Assembly (NCBI GenBank): GCA_964348825.1
Contig: CAYGDX010000004.1
Coordinates: forward strand, 517-64,516
Origin: an uncultured Gammaproteobacteria bacterium
GTDB lineage: Bacteria; Patescibacteriota; Patescibacteriia; Veblenbacterales; UBA10138
Direction of reading: 5' to 3'
Length of the DNA: 64,000 bases
Part shown: piece after piece, positions 59,826 to 64,000 of the stretch
How the letters are laid out: each line of letters starts with the position of its first letter
Position numbering within the stretch: the stretch's first letter is position 1
Notes under the pieces: model-generated
Seen by the model: the letters and a program-made list of their open reading frames with translations, nothing else
Told to the model about the DNA's origin: nothing
The model's database searches: none
Position numbers and translations under genes: made by a program

Positions 59826-59950
59826 TGAATGTCAAATTACAAATGACAAATATCAAATCAAATCCCAATCCGCCAGCTGGCGGATCAAAAATTTGTCATT
59901 TAAACATTTAGTCATTTAAAATTGATTTGAAATTTGGATTTTGAAATTTG
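59826..59950 (+). repeat. ~120-bp internally palindromic AT-rich repeat, copy 1 (upstream of nusB)
   Basis: AATGTCAAATTACAAATGACAAATATCAAATCAAATCC...AAAAATTTGTCATTTAAACATTTAGTCATTTAA...TTGATTTG.AATTTGGATTTTGAAATTT is repeated at 60485-60600. Copy 1 carries an extra CCGCCAGCTGGCGG hairpin. Confidence 0.8.
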
Positions 59951-59963
59951 AAATTTTAAACCT

Positions 59964-60482
59964 ATGTCCACTCGCCATCTTTCCCGAACTGTCGTAATGC
60001 AAACCCTGTTTCAGTGGGATTTTTTAAATCAGCAAGGTGATTTGTGGGAGTTGTCGGCTATAAACTTAGGTGAACTAGCGCCAGGGTTAGTAGACGATGG
60101 ATTTGCTAAGCGTTTGGCCGAAGGACTGCAAAAACATCACACGGAAATTGATCAAATTATAAAACGGTTGGCACCGGAGTGGCCACTGGATCAAATTACC
60201 GGTATTGATCGCAATATTTTACGGCTTGGTGTTTATGAGCTTAAATTTGGTCGTGAAATTCCGCCTAAAGTAGCGATTAACGAATCGATTGAACTTGCTA
60301 AAACCTTTGGTTCTGACACCTCGGGTAAATTTATCAATGGTGTGCTTGGGTCTTTGTATAAAGAGATGGAAACTGCCGGCGAAGTACCGATTGAAGATTT
60401 TAAGCAGATTTTTGAAGATAAGACAGTTAAGAGTGAAAATTTAGAGTTAAACTCTAATGATTCGTCTCCAACTGGAGATTAG
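59964..60482 (+). CDS. nusB: Transcription antitermination factor NusB
   Basis: [17 protein letters not shown]...[12 protein letters not shown]. Confidence 0.85.
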   Translation: MSTRHLSRTVVMQTLFQWDFLNQQGDLWELSAINLGELAPGLVDDGFAKRLAEGLQKHHTEIDQIIKRLAPEWPLDQITGIDRNILRLGVYELKFGREIPPKVAINESIELAKTFGSDTSGKFINGVLGSLYKEMETAGEVPIEDFKQIFEDKTVKSENLELNSNDSSPTGD

Positions 60483-60484
60483 TG

Positions 60485-60600
60485 AATTTAATGTCAAATT
60501 ACAAATGACAAATATCAAATCAAATCCAAAATTCAAAAATTTGTCATTTAAACATTTAGTCATTTAATTATTGATTTGTAATTTGGATTTTGAAATTTAG
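60485..60600 (+). repeat. ~120-bp internally palindromic AT-rich repeat, copy 2 (downstream of nusB)
   Basis: Direct repeat of 59826-59950. Confidence 0.8.
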
Positions 60601-61300
60601 ATTTATGGTAAAGGATTTCTCTCAACTCGCCGCGGATTTAGGTGTAAAGTTTAATGACCTAGAACTTTTGAAGCAGTCATTGGTGCATCGCTCATATTTA
60701 AATGAAAATCCAGGTTTCCCATTGGCCCACAACGAGCGGTTGGAATTTTTAGGTGATGCCGTGCTTGAATTGGTTGTTACCGAATATTTATATGAACATT
60801 ATCCTAATCCCGAAGGTGATCTGACTAATTGGCGGGCGGCGCTGGTGAATGCGGTAATGCTTGGCAGTATTGCGGCCGAGATGGGGCTGGAGGATTATTT
60901 GTATTTATCGCGTGGTGAAACTAAAGATGTGGGAAGTAAAGCCCGTCAATTTATTTTAGCCAATGCGATTGAAGCGGTAATTGGCGCGGTGTATTTGGAT
61001 CAAGGAGTAGAGGTTACACGCAAATTTATTCATCAATATATTTTATCAAAATTACCAGAAGTGCTGGCTAATAAATTATATCAAGATCCGAAAAGCCGTT
61101 TTCAAGAAATTGCCCAAGATAAATTTGGCACTACGCCACATTATATTGTTTTAGACGAGCATGGGCCTGATCACGCTAAAGTGTTCAAGGTTGGTTTGTA
61201 TTTGGCTGAAGAGTTGGTGGCGGAAGGCGAGGGTTCTTCCAAACAAGAAGCCCAAGTGGCCGCGGCCGAAGCGGGATTAAAGGTTAAAGAGTGGAGTTAG
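60590..61300 (+). CDS. rnc: Ribonuclease III
   Basis: RNase III signature ERLEFLGDAVLELVV plus a C-terminal dsRBD. Confidence 0.9.
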   Translation: MKFRFMVKDFSQLAADLGVKFNDLELLKQSLVHRSYLNENPGFPLAHNERLEFLGDAVLELVVTEYLYEHYPNPEGDLTNWRAALVNAVMLGSIAAEMGLEDYLYLSRGETKDVGSKARQFILANAIEAVIGAVYLDQGVEVTRKFIHQYILSKLPEVLANKLYQDPKSRFQEIAQDKFGTTPHYIVLDEHGPDHAKVFKVGLYLAEELVAEGEGSSKQEAQVAAAEAGLKVKEWS

Positions 61301-61354
61301 AATTTAAAATTCGAATATCGAAATTCGAATATCGAAATTTTCGGATTTTTCATT

Positions 61355-63919
61355 ATGTATCTACAAAAGTTGGAGATCCAAGGTTTTAAATCATTTGCCC
61401 AAAAAACTGTTTTGGAATTTAATCGTGAGTTAACAGCGGTCGTGGGGCCGAATGGTTCAGGTAAATCAAATATCGCTGATGCAATTCGCTGGGTACTCGG
61501 CGAGCAATCAGTCAAACTTTTGCGTGGGAAACGGGCCGAAGATGTAATTTTTGCGGGTAGCACCACAAAAAGTCGTTTGGGTATGGCAGAAGTGTCACTT
61601 CATTTAAATAATAATGATGGTGGGTCACTGGCTGATTATTCAGAAATAATAGTTACCCGTCGCGTGTATCGCGATGGGCAAAGTGAATATTTATTAAATG
61701 GCGAATCAGTTCGTTTGCAAGATATTTTAATACTTTTAGCCCGCGCTAATTTTGGACAAAAAACTTACAGCGTTATTGGCCAAGGTATGGTGGATTCTAT
61801 ACTCCTCGCCACACCAACTGAGCGCAAAGAATTTTTTGAAGAAGCGACTGGTGTAAAGCAATATCAATTAAAGCGTGAGCAAGCGGTACAAAAATTATTA
61901 ACGACTTATACAAATTTAGAACAAGGTCAAGCGTTGCTCACCGAACTCGAGCCAAATTTACGTACTCTTACACGTCAGGTGAAGCGTTTAGAACAAAGGC
62001 AGGAGTTAGAGCAGGAATTAAGCGGCAAACAAAAATTATATTACCGCTTCCGTTTTCATACTTTGGAAAATGAACGGCAAGTAGTTGTTAAACAAAATGG
62101 AGATATTACTTCTAAATTACAAAGCGCGCGCGAATTATCAGCTGATTTACAAGAACGGCTTAAAATTTTAAGCCAAACAGCACTGACCCAAGGTATTTTT
62201 GATTCACAAAAAAAGATCGATAATTTACGAAGTGATTTGAATCAGGCCTTACGTGAACAAGCGCATCTTCAAGCTGAAGCCAAAATTAAATTAATTGAAC
62301 GAGGTGAAGGCGAAGTAGCTTGGCTTAAAGAAAGAGAAGTTGAGCTTAGTCAAAAAGTAAAAGAATTAAAGCAAGCCGGTGAAAATTTACAGGTTGAAAA
62401 AACAAATACTGAAAAATTACTAGCCGAAGCCATCGCTCGAGAGAGTAGTTTGGTTTTGCCCGAAGAATTAAGTAGTGGCAATGATTGGTTGGTACGGGCT
62501 TTGCAGAAAATAGTTAATGATTATGGAGTAGTACGTAATAATTTAATTAAAGCTCAAAATTTAAATGATATAAAAATTTTAACCAATAGCTTGAATGATT
62601 TAGAATCAGATCTTAAAACTATTTTACGTAAACTTTCAACTAGTAGTGAGCTTAGTGCGGAGGTCGTGGCTAATTTTCAAAAACAGCGAGAAGAAATTTT
62701 ACAACAAATTGGACGCCACGAGGGTGGACTTAAATTTATTAATCAACAAATTGAAGATAATAGTCGTGAACAAAAAATTATTGTTGAATCGCATGATAAT
62801 ATTAAAAGAACTTTATCAACCAGCAAAAGTGCGGATGATTTTGAAACCAATGACAAATTAACAGCCAAGTTAGCTACTAAAATTGGTGAGTTAGAAAATA
62901 ATTTACATACTGCCGAAGTTGAACTTAAAAAAGTCCAAAGCGCTTTGGGTGCGCGGCAAACTGAATTAGTTAATTTACAACAAGAGTCCACTCAGGCTTT
63001 GGCAAAAATTTCTGCGCTTTCCGAGTCGAGCCGTGAGGCTGAAATGGTTTTGGTTCGTTTGGAAACCAAACTTGAAGATTTAGAGCGAGAAATGGCTGAG
63101 GATTTATCGCCGGAATTTTGTCGGGAAATAAAGTTAGTTGGGGTGGTTGCAGAAATTGACGAAGGCCGAGTAGCACTAGAATTACAAAAATTAAAAGCTC
63201 AACTTGAACTTACTGGTGGCATTGAGCCCGAGGTAGCGCAAGAATTTCAACAAGTAAAAACTCGGCATGATTTTTTAACCAAACAAATTGCCGATTTAAC
63301 TTTAGCCGCCGCTTCACTTGAATCAGTAATTCGCGATTTAGATACTACCATCCATAAACAATTTATGGTTAATTTTAACGCCATTAATGATAAATTTGCT
63401 AAATATTTTAAGGTAGTTTTTGGCGGAGGCAAGGCCCAACTGGTTTTACAAGAGGTTGGAAGCGAAAAAGAAGTAGTAGCAAATGAATCAGATGGTGGCG
63501 AAGAAAGAGCACCAACTTTAAGTGAAAAGTTTTTAGCCCAAGAAAAAAAGCGATCACAAATTTTTGCTGGTGTAGAAATTACCGCTACGCCACCCAGTAA
63601 AAGATTATCGGCCATTGCCGCACTTTCGGGTGGCGAAAAAGCCCTTACCGCCATCGCTTTGCTGTGCGCGATTATTTCTAATCACCCTTCACCTTTTGTA
63701 GTGCTCGATGAAGTGGATGCCGCACTCGACGAAGCTAATTCCGAAAGATACGCCGCGATTTTGGAATCACTAATGTCGGATACACAATTTATTACTATTA
63801 CTCACAACCGCGCCACTATGCGCCGCGCCTCAATTCTTTATGGCGTAACAATGGGGGAAGATGGGGTGTCTAAGTTATTGTCTGTTAAATTAGATCAAGC
63901 AGATGAGATGGTTAAATAA
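61355..63919 (+). CDS. smc: SMC-family chromosome segregation ATPase (short, 854 aa)
   Basis: N-terminal Walker A VVGPNGSGKSN. Long coiled coils. C-terminal LSGGEKALTAIALL signature and Walker B VVLDEVDAALD. Confidence 0.8.
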   Translation: MYLQKLEIQGFKSFAQKTVLEFNRELTAVVGPNGSGKSNIADAIRWVLGEQSVKLLRGKRAEDVIFAGSTTKSRLGMAEVSLHLNNNDGGSLADYSEIIVTRRVYRDGQSEYLLNGESVRLQDILILLARANFGQKTYSVIGQGMVDSILLATPTERKEFFEEATGVKQYQLKREQAVQKLLTTYTNLEQGQALLTELEPNLRTLTRQVKRLEQRQELEQELSGKQKLYYRFRFHTLENERQVVVKQNGDITSKLQSARELSADLQERLKILSQTALTQGIFDSQKKIDNLRSDLNQALREQAHLQAEAKIKLIERGEGEVAWLKEREVELSQKVKELKQAGENLQVEKTNTEKLLAEAIARESSLVLPEELSSGNDWLVRALQKIVNDYGVVRNNLIKAQNLNDIKILTNSLNDLESDLKTILRKLSTSSELSAEVVANFQKQREEILQQIGRHEGGLKFINQQIEDNSREQKIIVESHDNIKRTLSTSKSADDFETNDKLTAKLATKIGELENNLHTAEVELKKVQSALGARQTELVNLQQESTQALAKISALSESSREAEMVLVRLETKLEDLEREMAEDLSPEFCREIKLVGVVAEIDEGRVALELQKLKAQLELTGGIEPEVAQEFQQVKTRHDFLTKQIADLTLAAASLESVIRDLDTTIHKQFMVNFNAINDKFAKYFKVVFGGGKAQLVLQEVGSEKEVVANESDGGEERAPTLSEKFLAQEKKRSQIFAGVEITATPPSKRLSAIAALSGGEKALTAIALLCAIISNHPSPFVVLDEVDAALDEANSERYAAILESLMSDTQFITITHNRATMRRASILYGVTMGEDGVSKLLSVKLDQADEMVK

Positions 63920-64000
63920 AAATTCGAAATTCGAATATCGAAATCCGAAAAAATCCCCAAGGCCCAAATCCTAAGCCCCAAGATTGAATTTTAAATTTAT

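Noticed and set aside
61297-61566. 89-aa minus-strand ORF overlapping the rnc end and smc start
   Set aside because: Antisense to two well-supported genes and includes the repeat-rich spacer. Spurious.
19836-64000. CRISPR array among the many short repeats
   Set aside because: The repeats are irregularly spaced, of variable length, mostly palindromic or low-complexity, and scattered over 60 kb. No repeat-spacer periodicity and no cas genes.

Overview
The window is AT-rich, gene-dense bacterial DNA with short intergenic regions packed with repeats. The gene content looks like a reduced-genome, CPR/Patescibacteria-like organism, but that is inference only. Genes run in order as follows. First comes the 3' ~860 nt of a 23S rRNA interrupted by a ~410-nt intervening sequence (probable group I intron), then 5S rRNA. 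A plus-strand block follows with a TrmB-like regulator, glmS, an LbH acetyltransferase, a tdh-kbl threonine-degradation pair and an EndoQ-like PHP protein. A minus-strand block carries tRNA-Ala, tRNA-Val, tRNA-Leu, rplS, gmk, rluD, cca, an MFS transporter and guaA, divergent from a CBS-less guaB. The most unusual segment is a ~6.7-kb minus-strand operon with no housekeeping character (20029-26731). It encodes a GIY-YIG/DUF4357-like nuclease, a RadC(JAB) domain fused to a Dam-like m6A methyltransferase, a second Dam-like methyltransferase, a 505-aa protein with a C-terminal PD-(D/E)xK-like motif, and an OLD/GajA/PtuA-like ABC ATPase. It is bounded by a 5'-truncated XRE-HTH gene remnant and looks like a composite restriction-modification/defence island of non-canonical architecture. 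Downstream are a class-II aaRS-like protein with an MGS-like domain, a NUDIX hydrolase, an HNH protein, and a tRNA cluster in which one tRNA gene is split by a 376-bp insertion carrying tRNA-Val(GAC) and a small GIY-YIG ORF. The rest is housekeeping: infB, rbfA, nrnA, clpP, pyrF/E/D, rny-ymdB, hup, valS, pilB, ftsH, rpsA, gyrA, rpmF, nusB, rnc, smc. valS carries a ~200-aa inserted YdeN/RBBP9-type serine hydrolase domain. pilB carries an in-frame copy of an intergenic repeat. Several repeat families are present: a GC-rich ~160-bp palindromic element (3 copies, with compensatory substitutions), a 'TTGTCATTGCGAG' element, AAATTCGAAAT-type low-complexity repeats, and 120-bp repeats flanking nusB. 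No CRISPR array and no integrase/transposase gene were found.
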